Source: Macrostomum lignano (Eukaryota). From it: a stretch of DNA of 64,000 nt. Made by a program: the position numbers and the translations under genes. Below, piece after piece: positions 50,522 to 60,362 of this stretch. The stretch covers positions 62,001 to 126,000 of the forward strand of contig NIVC01002524.1 in the NCBI GenBank assembly GCA_002269645.1, written 5' to 3'. Positions within the stretch are counted from its first letter, which is position 1. Each line of letters starts with the position of its first letter. The notes under the pieces were generated by a model that was given only the letters and a program-made list of their open reading frames with translations, had not been told where the DNA came from and searched no databases.

Positions 50522-52006
50522 TTTTACTCCAATGTCTCCAAAAGCGTTTCTCTGACTGAGGTTTTAAATGTAAGATTTTCGTATACAGCCTTCGTTCGTG
50601 CATTTGCAACAAACCCCCTCAACACAATTACGAGTACGAGGGTGCAGGCATGAAATTGGGGTGGGCAGATTGCCTTAGTCTGGATAGTACTGTACTTTGC
50701 TCTAGTTGTCGGCTTGTGCAGTCTAGCCTTCTATCCTTTCCTGTTCCTATTTTACAGGGGTTTTGGGAACGTGCGAGTACTGTTTAAACTCATGCTTAAA
50801 GCCAACTATCTGCCTCTTGTACGTGCGACTATCCACTGCCCAAGGCCCATGCCCAAGTTACTGTGTGCCAATAGTAGTGCTTTCGTTCAATCGAGTAAAA
50901 CATCAGGATGCACTTAGCAATTGCGCAAAACTTCATTGCATTTAGAGTCGCGGCGCATTGAGTTTTTGTGTCGTTTTTTCGTGTACTTTCTGAAACACAC
51001 ACATCACAATACGTCGTATATTATTGTGCAGTGAAGTAACACCGGTGCTATTTTACAAGTATACGTAAATAAAGGAGTAAGAAGAAATTGCAGGGTGAGT
51101 ACACTTCTAGCGCACACAATAACTGTAAGATAGTACAGTGAGATAGCCAACCAAAAAGTAAAGCTCGGGCCAAGTTGAGCTGTTATCTATCACTAAACAG
51201 AAAACTCTACTCACAAAAAGCAACACGCCCTATTTTAATCAGCCAAAACAGCGATTGAAGAAAGAGTTAAACAGAAAATCTTCCATCAAAAACCTCAGTC
51301 AGAGAAACGCTTTTGGAGACATTGGAGTAAAAATGTGCAACACTCTGCTCCCACTGGCCTGCACTGCCTGTCTGGCATTCGTGCTTCTTGCGGGCCTCGG
51401 CTGCCTGGACAATCTCGCAGCTCCGGATAAGCCGGCCCTGCCAGCCACGCTCAACTGGGGTGCCTCGAGCGACTCAAGCAGCGACGGCGAAGCGGTGGAA
51501 GCCACAAGACTGTCTGTCAGCAATGCAACACTCGACGATTTGAGGTCGCGCTTGAAAGCGTTCAAGTTTGTGGAGCCGGTCGAGAACTCCGGCTTCGAGT
51601 ACGGCTTCAACGGCGCCTTCATGAAGCAGCTGGTGTCTCACTGGCTCAACAAATACAACTGGCGAGTCTGGGAGGATCGCCTGAACAGTTTTCCGAACTA
51701 TTTCACTCGGATCGAAGGACTAAAAGTGCACTTTATGCACCTGAAACCGTCGAAGAAGGGGGTGAAGAAGCGAGTGCCTCTGTTGATTTTGCACGGTTGG
51801 CCCGGGTCAGTGTTCGAGTTTTACAAGCTGATTCCACTGCTGACGACTCCAGATACGGACGGGTTGGCGTTCGAAGTTGTAGCTCCCTCGATTCCGGGAT
51901 ACGGGTGGTCCGAAGCGGCGAAGAAGCGAGGCTTCAGTGCCGCTGCCTGTGCTCGAGTGTTCGACAAGCTGATGGTCAGGCTCGGGTATCGCCAGTATTA
52001 CATCCA
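49848..52006. repeat. 718-bp inverted repeat arms (49848-50565 and 51289-52006) around a 723-bp spacer
   Basis: Arms compared by eye appear identical; they cover 44 nt upstream of the ATG plus codons 1-225 of both EPHX copies. Confidence 0.9.
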
Positions 52007-52763
52007 GGGTGGCGACTGGGGAGCCGGCATTGGTCACATAATAACAAGAGAGTTTCCGGAGCGAGTGCTCGGCTTCCATACCAATATGCCGATGCAGCCA
52101 TTCCGACAGCCATCAGTGATCGTACAGATGATCGCCGGATCGTTCATACCTGACGGTATCCTGTTTAGCAAGAAGGACGGACAAAAAATATTTCCCTACT
52201 TTGAAAAGCTGAGCGACATCATCCGTGAGAGCGGGTACATGCACATTCAAGCCACTCGGCCGGACACCATCGGGCACGCCTTGTCGGACTCGCCAGTGGG
52301 TTTGGCTGCCTACATTCTTGAGAAGTTTAGCGTTTGGACAGATCCGCAAAATAGGCTTTCCCAGACTGGCAACCTTATCGGCCCGAAGGCGGCCTTCAGC
52401 CTGGACGAGCTGCTGACCAATGTAATGATCTACTGGACCACTGGCAGCATCACTTCGTCCGTGCGGCTGTACAAGGAAGTTTTTAGTGAGAATAGGGAAA
52501 CTACGATGGCCTACTTCTCCATCCCGTCAGATGTTCCGCACGGAGTCGCAAGCTTCTCTAACGAGCTTTCTCGGGTGCCCGAACGCATCGTACGAGTTAC
52601 CCATCCCAACCTGCTACACTACGCTGACTTCGATCACGGCGGTCACTTTGCCGCTTTTGAACTGCCCGACTTGATGAACTCAGAGGTGCGCGCGTTCGTT
52701 CGCGCAGCTGAGGACTTCCACGCCAAGAAACGGTCGCCACTGGGTGAAGGCAAAGAGCTTTGA
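51333..52763 (+). CDS. EPHX1: Microsomal epoxide hydrolase (EPHX1/JHEH family), copy B, 476 aa, intronless
   Basis: Same motifs as copy A, with canonical GGDWG and ESGYMHIQ. Start placed at ATG 51333 by symmetry with copy A, not at the TTG at 51255. Confidence 0.95.
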   Translation: MCNTLLPLACTACLAFVLLAGLGCLDNLAAPDKPALPATLNWGASSDSSSDGEAVEATRLSVSNATLDDLRSRLKAFKFVEPVENSGFEYGFNGAFMKQLVSHWLNKYNWRVWEDRLNSFPNYFTRIEGLKVHFMHLKPSKKGVKKRVPLLILHGWPGSVFEFYKLIPLLTTPDTDGLAFEVVAPSIPGYGWSEAAKKRGFSAAACARVFDKLMVRLGYRQYYIQGGDWGAGIGHIITREFPERVLGFHTNMPMQPFRQPSVIVQMIAGSFIPDGILFSKKDGQKIFPYFEKLSDIIRESGYMHIQATRPDTIGHALSDSPVGLAAYILEKFSVWTDPQNRLSQTGNLIGPKAAFSLDELLTNVMIYWTTGSITSSVRLYKEVFSENRETTMAYFSIPSDVPHGVASFSNELSRVPERIVRVTHPNLLHYADFDHGGHFAAFELPDLMNSEVRAFVRAAEDFHAKKRSPLGEGKEL

Positions 52764-53741
52764 AAGAAATACCTACACTGATTTACATGTAACTGATAGA
52801 CTTCGAAAGTGACATTAGGTCATTTATATTTCTATACAAACTAACGGTTTCAATTAGCTCGCTCGTATTAAGATTGGTATTCTTAACCAGTTTCCTCACA
52901 ATTAGTCCGTTAAACAAAATTTCATAATATATATCAAAGTCTGGACCTCCACCTATCACTTCAATCCTTTACATTATTTTATTGATTTTCGCTAAAGTCA
53001 CCATGCCTAGAATGAATGTCGAGGAATTTTTTGAATAATTTATTTCTGAAGTTACTTCTATAATGAGTAACAAATATTTATTCGATTGATTTGTTGTGAT
53101 AATCAAATTTGGAAAAGAAAGCAGTAAAGAAAAATGAAAATCGTACATTTTTACAAAATATTCGAATCAGAAACAGAATCTGAGTTAAACATACCAAGTA
53201 AATTTATACGCTTGGATAGGAAGTACGTCATAGCTAAATGAAGGTCAGAGATGAGAAGGTTTGATAAGGGTTGAAAAGTGGTTAAACAAAAAACACATGC
53301 AAGTTTTGCCATCTTATCTAGCAGTACTGTAAATCATGCATACGCTCGTATCTTTCTCTGAGAGCTTCTTTTCTGTTTGAACATCCCGACAATATATTAC
53401 TACCGAAACCCTTGAAGCCATCGTTGTCAGTTGTCCAAATGTCTGCGAATAAACATGGCATGCGCTTATTTAGAGGCTTATTATATGCGATGTTACCAGT
53501 GTCAAGGAACGCATGGTTACAAGAAGTCCCAATGAAATAATGGTGCAATAAGGGAAACGAAGTATTATTTGGTCAATGATTAAATAAACCAGAGAAAGAA
53601 GTTTTAACGTTAATGCAACAAAACAAAAAACCTAAAGCAGCCGAGCTACATTTTAGTAAATCCCTGTAGGCCGCAGCGAGGGTCTGGGGCCTTTTGCGTC
53701 TGCCAGGAGGATCGTCAGCGCGTCCAACAGCTCTTCTCGGC

Positions 53742-56700
53742 TCAGCCGGTTCGCAGAGGAGCTGGATGTCCTAGTGCGCTAGCCTCGTGACCAACATCCT
53801 CGCCCACCATTAGGCCTAAGCGGGTCCTGTCGTTGCGCAATCCGATAGCCTGGTTGATTAGGTAGTGCACCAACACATCCGGATCGAACAGGTCCATCTT
53901 GACCCGCACCGGGCTGCTCGGTGCCCAACGGCCGAGGCCGGTGACGAGAAGTTCGCGCAATACGTCCAAAATGTTGAGCGGTGGTGATAGGGCTGAGTAG
54001 TTCTCGTACTCGTTGACGAAGGCGAACCTCTCGAACTGCCACAGAGCTCGACTGTTACTATCGATCTCGTCAATTGTCTTGGAAAAGAGCGCAACAATGA
54101 GGCTTAAAAGCAAAATGGTGGTGATGATTATGTAAATCGGTAGCAGGATGTAGGGCACGACGAATACAGCATCCGGGTGCGGACAGTTGAGGCTTGTGTT
54201 TTGGCGAGCTTCAAACACCTGGGCGCATTCGCTTCCAGTCATCTGGTCTAGGTGGTACTCGCCAAACATACTGTAGAAGCAAATATGCAGCACATGCCTG
54301 ATGACTTCAGACATGCTGAGTTGGTTTGGGTTGTAGGCAAAGAAACCGTTCGGATGCATTAAAGACGTCATGAAGATGCCAAATCCAAACAGATAGATGA
54401 ATAGGATGTATAGAAATGGCAGCAGGTCTTTGATGATCATAGTAGACATCATGGTGAGCTTCGGGCCAAAGTAGGCATTCACGCGTGCAATGTTGAGCAG
54501 CTTCACCCACATGAGAAGACAGGCCAGCCCGTAAAAGAAACGGGCACAGAACCATACATGATTCTCAAATAGTTCGGTAAACGTCTCCGGGGTCTCCTCC
54601 CGCAAGGCCATTGTAAGACGAAGGATGAAGGCGGTAATCATGAAGAGGCATGCAAAGCCGTCAACTATGTTCCATTTGTTTGAACCATACTCGTGGAAGC
54701 TGTCGTGCCAAAGCGACAGACCGAGCTCTCGCAGCTCCTCGATGATGAAGCCTAACGCGATTATGTAAGCACAAACCTCCAGTGGTGAAATTGTCCAGTT
54801 GAAGTCAATCAACACAGTGTAGGACATAATTAGAATCAGCGTCACGTGACTCATTGTAAAGTAGCGAAACTTAACACTCGGGATGTGGTAGAAGCAGTAC
54901 AGCAGGCCGATGAATATTTGTAGCTTCGCTTTCACAGACTTCCTCGAGCCAAATATTCGCTCTCCGCTAAAGTCGTTGTCAAACATGGTCGTCGCCGGTC
55001 CCGTATCTTCATGCAAGGCGAAGCTCTCGTTGCTTCCCATGCTGCCCTGAATGGTTGCATCATTCTGCTTCTGCTTCTGTTTCAGCTGCGGCTGCTGTTG
55101 TTCAACCCGTGAAGAAGCGCGGCCACCGTCATAAGCGTACAAGAGAATCGCCAAGAGAGGATTCATTGGGATGATGCCCATGATGACTGCGAATTCCCGC
55201 AGCCAAGGGTTCATATTGCAAAGAAAGCGCTGCCAGGTGATGTCCATGGCCTTCTGACAGACGTCCAAACGAAGAAAGGAGTCGCACTGACAGTTAGCCG
55301 CTAGATGAATGCAGCTCAAATTTCCGAATTCCGGCATGCTCTGCAATAGGTATTGGTAGGTCACCCACTTGTCCTCACTCATATCAACTTGAACTGCCTT
55401 GGTGAGTGCATCACAGGCAACGCGTTCACACTGGTCGGCAAGGTCAGTAACGGCAGGCAGCTGCAAGGCATCAATTTCCAAGACAGTGTTGAGCTTCCTA
55501 AGAATTCCGGCGGACAAAACGCAAAGAGGAACGATTTCGAACTGCGTCTTTCGCAGGAAAGCAAGGGTCAGATTGAACCTGCCAGTAAGAATGCTCCAAA
55601 CAGCTAGCGTCTCGACTGGATTGTTTATTTGCAGCGTATCTTTTCCAGACTCTCGAACGTCATCACCGGCTGATGGGGGGCTCATGCCAATGCATATGGC
55701 CACCCGCTGGTTGAGCTTGCGAAGATTAAATGCCTGCCGCTTTCCTCCTATCGTACCTGTGCCCGAATCCATAAAACAGGTGTAAAACTGCTTGCTTATA
55801 ATGCTGGCATCCCTGTTGGTGTTGTTATAAAGAGTAGAAATGTGGTCTTCAAGAAACCCGCTCACTCTGTCCCAGAGAACGCCACATTTCATTACATCAT
55901 TAAGTGCAGAAATATCCTCACGAAACAGGATGTACTTGGTTGTGAAGATTGCAATTGTGTCGATGATCTCACGATTTTCCGAGTATCTGTGAATCGCGTT
56001 GGTCTTCAGGGCAGCCATCAGAATAGTTTGGAACTCGATCACATCCTGTAGGTTCTCCTCATCAAGATCCAGCAACTCGTCGACTAGCTTCATCTCTTCA
56101 GCTGGGTCTCCGACTGTGTTGTAGTAGCAACGACGGCTCTCCGAGTCGATGAGCTGCAGCAAGCACAGGAATTCCTGAAAGCCGCGGCTCCTGTAGAGAT
56201 CCTGCGGCTTGGTCACCTTAGTGTCAGAAGACACGCGATCGGTAAAATGGCGAATCAGCTCGCGCAGCGTGCCGCGATTCTTGTTGCTCATCATGACGTC
56301 GATTGCGGTACGGCCGTCCGTAGTTTCCCGATCGACTGTAGCACCATGGTCTAGCAGCAGCTTCATTAGCGTAATGTTCTGATTGGCAACTGCAATGTGC
56401 AATGGCGTCTTGCCGTCAGCATCCTGAGCATTTATGAGTTCTGGCGCTGCTCCCAGCACGAGACCTGCGTGTTCTTGTAGGTCGTTTATGCAGGCTCGGT
56501 GCAGTGGTGTCAGCTGGGCCTGATCAACCAGGCTGGCATCGGCGCCGTGGCTTAATAGTAGCTCAAGGAGCACAGTGGAGCTGTCAGAGCACGCTTTGTG
56601 CAGCAAATAGTCCCCGGTGGGTAGTGCAACGTTTGGATTGGCGCCCTGCTCGAGTAGGAAGGCCACTGTTCCGGCCACATCGGGTCCTGATAGCGCATAG

Positions 56701-57146
56701 TGTATCGGTATGAAGCCGGCCGTGTTGGGTCGATTAATCTCAGCCCCTTGATCTAGGGCAATCTCTAGCAGTTTGATCTTGCTTAGAGCAGCTGCAACGT
56801 CGCTTAGACGCATGGCTTCATGCAGTTCCAAGTCGATTACCTTGGGATTGGCAAAACGTTTCAATGCCTCGATGTCATCGTCCATGATAGCTTGATACAG
56901 CAGTTCGGCTATGTTAGGTTGGGTCTCTACAGGTTGGATCACGGCATCGGAGTCCGCCCTCTCAGTTTCTGGCTCCCTGTCGTCTGCTTCTGGCCTGTCT
57001 TCCGTCACCTGGGGCGCGGTGGAATCGCGACGCTTTGTGGTTAGTCGGGTGCCGAACAATCGCAGGTTGCCGAAGCCCAACTTTTTATTCGTCTTCTTTT
57101 TCGAGCCGAAGAAGCCCTTGTCCTGAGACTCCGGTGGCGACGACAT
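53742..57146 (-). CDS. TRPM-like cation channel with N-terminal ankyrin repeats, 1134 aa, intronless
   Basis: Ankyrin repeats (TPLHRAC, GKTPLHIAV...LLLDHGA); MHR4-like LAVWSIL...FGNLSCIHLA...CQKAMDITW; pre-S1 FYHIPSVKF; six TM segments; pore FYSMFGEY; TRP box LWQFERF...EY...LSPPLN. Confidence 0.9.
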   Translation of the reverse strand: MSSPPESQDKGFFGSKKKTNKKLGFGNLRLFGTRLTTKRRDSTAPQVTEDRPEADDREPETERADSDAVIQPVETQPNIAELLYQAIMDDDIEALKRFANPKVIDLELHEAMRLSDVAAALSKIKLLEIALDQGAEINRPNTAGFIPIHYALSGPDVAGTVAFLLEQGANPNVALPTGDYLLHKACSDSSTVLLELLLSHGADASLVDQAQLTPLHRACINDLQEHAGLVLGAAPELINAQDADGKTPLHIAVANQNITLMKLLLDHGATVDRETTDGRTAIDVMMSNKNRGTLRELIRHFTDRVSSDTKVTKPQDLYRSRGFQEFLCLLQLIDSESRRCYYNTVGDPAEEMKLVDELLDLDEENLQDVIEFQTILMAALKTNAIHRYSENREIIDTIAIFTTKYILFREDISALNDVMKCGVLWDRVSGFLEDHISTLYNNTNRDASIISKQFYTCFMDSGTGTIGGKRQAFNLRKLNQRVAICIGMSPPSAGDDVRESGKDTLQINNPVETLAVWSILTGRFNLTLAFLRKTQFEIVPLCVLSAGILRKLNTVLEIDALQLPAVTDLADQCERVACDALTKAVQVDMSEDKWVTYQYLLQSMPEFGNLSCIHLAANCQCDSFLRLDVCQKAMDITWQRFLCNMNPWLREFAVIMGIIPMNPLLAILLYAYDGGRASSRVEQQQPQLKQKQKQNDATIQGSMGSNESFALHEDTGPATTMFDNDFSGERIFGSRKSVKAKLQIFIGLLYCFYHIPSVKFRYFTMSHVTLILIMSYTVLIDFNWTISPLEVCAYIIALGFIIEELRELGLSLWHDSFHEYGSNKWNIVDGFACLFMITAFILRLTMALREETPETFTELFENHVWFCARFFYGLACLLMWVKLLNIARVNAYFGPKLTMMSTMIIKDLLPFLYILFIYLFGFGIFMTSLMHPNGFFAYNPNQLSMSEVIRHVLHICFYSMFGEYHLDQMTGSECAQVFEARQNTSLNCPHPDAVFVVPYILLPIYIIITTILLLSLIVALFSKTIDEIDSNSRALWQFERFAFVNEYENYSALSPPLNILDVLRELLVTGLGRWAPSSPVRVKMDLFDPDVLVHYLINQAIGLRNDRTRLGLMVGEDVGHEASALGHPAPLRTG

Positions 57147-60100
57147 CTTGCGGTGGACGAACTGGTGTTTCAGGTCCGTCTTTCTTGGTCACTAGATGGT
57201 CAAAGAAATAGATTTTTCTGTTTAAGGAACACGAGTCACAGAGCTAGCTATTTAAAGCAATGTTAATCACTTTATAAAAAAAGTCGAAAACTCACACAGC
57301 CAAGCGAACATGTGAGACCGCCTTATCGATGGTTTATGCAAGGGCTGTTCTACTCGCTCGCGTTTCCCACTATTCTGAACCAGTCACTTGCCTTTCTTAC
57401 TAATTTGGCTAGATAAACTTTGCATGTCTAATTGGCACCCTCTACTGCTCAAGTGGAGCAGTTTCTACCTGTGTTTGCACTTCTTTTCTATTGAAACATT
57501 CGAGCCAAACTCCAATCTTTTTTCTGTTGGACAATTTTTATCTAATCAACAGACCAGACGGCTCCAATCATCTAATTGTGTGCTCACAAATTTGACAGCG
57601 ATTAAAAATTTAACTAAGAAAATTTGAGCAAAGGTAAATTAAAGATTAACCGCAATTTAACTGGAGCATACCTGGCGGCTGATTCTCTCGCGAATTCGTG
57701 CGTAAAAATTCTTTAATGAGCTCACCGGTGCAATGCGCAAACAATTTTGGAATGCTAAACAATCTGTTTTTTATCTCAAAGCCCAATTTGCATTTCATGC
57801 ACCACCAATCTCACTAATTGGCCGTGACCGTATTGGACATCGTTATGTACATGTCAGCGTAATGTACGCGTTTTTTCTATCTTTCTGGGGCCTGCTAGTG
57901 CTGGCGCAACCTCTGCGTCTGTCGATCACAGCTCTCACACACAAGTGATTAAATGCACCAGAGGGGATTACAACTGGTAGACTATGGGATTGTACATTAA
58001 TGCCATAGTCAGGTAATGTACATTAATTGGTGCCTTGGGGGTTGGCCCTCTATAGCGCACTGCATGCACAACCCCCAGGGAAATCCAATTAAGAAGTAGT
58101 TCAATGTTTAAGAAACTGATCCCCTGACCATAGCTGAGAGCTCATAAAGTTAAAATGACGCTAGTCTAAGTTGGAGTCTAATCTAGCGAAGAGAAGCTAC
58201 GATAATTGTGTCGGTTTATCCACTGATTATTATAAGCATGGTGTACAGTAGCATTAAAATTGCCACCCTAGACCCGAGCAAGCGGTGACAAACCATTCAT
58301 TTTTACAGTGGTGCTCAACCGTTCCCTAACCTCTAGGGCAGCACTTTTTATGATACTGATTTTAAAACCATTTCATGCAAAGGTTGTGGTGGGTCCGTCT
58401 ACCATAAATCATTGTGAAATTTTGAATGGCAAAAACGGATCAAAGTGTTTGAATCAAAAACTCGATGCAATGACGAAGACAAAATAGATGCATACTACTT
58501 TCAGTAACTCCGTCAACAAATACCCGATGCGCGCAGACAGCAGCTGTAAAACTTCCTTGACAGGGATGAAGAAAGTCTTACTGAGTCTTACGGCTTTACT
58601 GCTTTACTGAATCCTTTACTGATACGGGCAAAACGTACTCAGCGAGGGAACTCACGAGAGGCTACAGCTTTTATTAGCAACTCATCCAGCCTGTAATACA
58701 ATATCTTTCTAGCCAGCCTAAAAATATTAATCAAGAAGCTCCACTGCGCCGGGCCCTCGATAAAAGTCTGTCTGTTGCTAACAATTATGCAGCCGTAATA
58801 ACTGCAGCCATCGCATCCCTGACCCCCCCCCCTGTCTCTTCGATTGCCGCCAGAATTGAATTCGCTCTCAAATCTCCTCAGAGGAGAGGAGGGGGCGAGC
58901 AGACTGCGCTCAGAAGTAGAGAAAAAGCCGAATCTATCCAAAGGCCAACCTCGCCCTCGTTTTCTCTACACTTTCCGTTCGACGAAGAAGCTGAAAGAAG
59001 AAGATTGGGGCAGCCAGAGTTTTCTATTCTTAGCCTTTAGCCCGTGGCCTCGAAAATGGCAGCCGGTTTCAAGGAGGAGGGCGATGGGGATTAAGAATGG
59101 GAGCTGGGAGAAGAGGAGAGGCGGCAAGAGAGACTGGAGAGGGGCACGGCACTGCAGTCGCAGTTGTTAGAAACGCAGGCCGCCCGTGTTCAATAGATAG
59201 ATAAAGATTGCCTGCCTGCTGGCTACAGGGTCTGGGGGCCGAATTGTCCTTTCCTTTTCCTGTTCCCTAATCCCCAACTTGCCGCCCCACCCCAGCTGTC
59301 CCGCCTGTCACTGACGCAGGTGATAGGATGCGCCGGGATTATTGGGGGCGGCACCTCATGAATCTGGGTCGGATAGCAGAGTGCACGGATAACTAAGTTG
59401 CCATTCGGATTCGCTGTAAACACACTGAACACGCCAGAGATTTCTCTAACTATGCTTTTTAATATTTTTTACCACTTTGACCATTTTGAGTTTTGCGGCT
59501 TTCGGTTGCAGCCGCACGGATTAGTTAAAAGCTTCGCTAGAAACGTGGAACAGCTGACCACCACTCTACTGAAAGTTGAACCCGCCGCCGCTCTAAACTT
59601 AGCGGAAGCAAGAAATTGATTGGCGCGAATAAAATGACCAGCGCGCGCAACAATATCGCCGACAAACCTTGAATAGGAGCATCGGGTGTAGGCGGCACCG
59701 GAGTAATCAGCATTGGCATTTCACCCTGTTCGTGTCTCGAACCCCCTTCTATCCGACCCTTCAGCCCACTGCCTGCACCCCAGCCGCTTTCTGCCCGCTT
59801 TTAGAGGAAAGTGTAAGATTGGGAAATGTTTGCGGGGTGTCTTGTCGGTTTGGACTTTGGAAGGCTGGTTGGGGGGGGGGGCAGTGCGTAATGGGAATCG
59901 CGGAAACTTGCCGGAGCTTTGGGCGATCCCAACTCGACCGATTTCAGTCTGGCTTTGGTTCTATCAGTGCATTTCTCTGGCCTCCTCTCCATCCTTTTGC
60001 TTTGCTTCTTTTCCCTGTAATTTGATCCTAGTAACCGATTCTGACGGTAAGAAAAAGGGCTTAGGGATAAAGCGGCAGATGGGCTGCGAGGATGCCGATC

Positions 60101-60362
60101 CCCTTCTCTTCATCCCAGAGCCGTCCCGGCTCTAAAGCCAGCCAGTTCTGATGTCCGCGAGATTTTCCTCGCTATCGCATAATGCTGGCTGATGCTTCCT
60201 AGTTTGATGAGGGATGAGAGGCAGCTGGGAAATGAGCTCGGCGAGAGGGGTTTTTGCCTCGTCGATGTCTACCAGAGATGCCAGTGTGTTGAAGCTCTTC
60301 AGACCGGGAGTCTCGTAGTAACACTTCTCTTCTCAATATTTTCGCGAAAGTAATTTTCCTCG

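Noticed and set aside
51255-51332. 26-aa N-terminal extension of EPHX copy B from a TTG start
   Set aside because: Non-ATG start in a eukaryote; copy A lacks an equivalent, and an acceptor-like cctcag lies within it.
53318-53548. 76-aa minus-strand ORF downstream of the TRP gene
   Set aside because: No codon bias or recognisable homology; not linkable to the TRP ORF by evident splice sites.
58639-60135. Several ORFs of 60-140 aa in moderately GC-rich sequence
   Set aside because: No RT, integrase, transposase or other motif; probably decayed repeat or 3' UTR.
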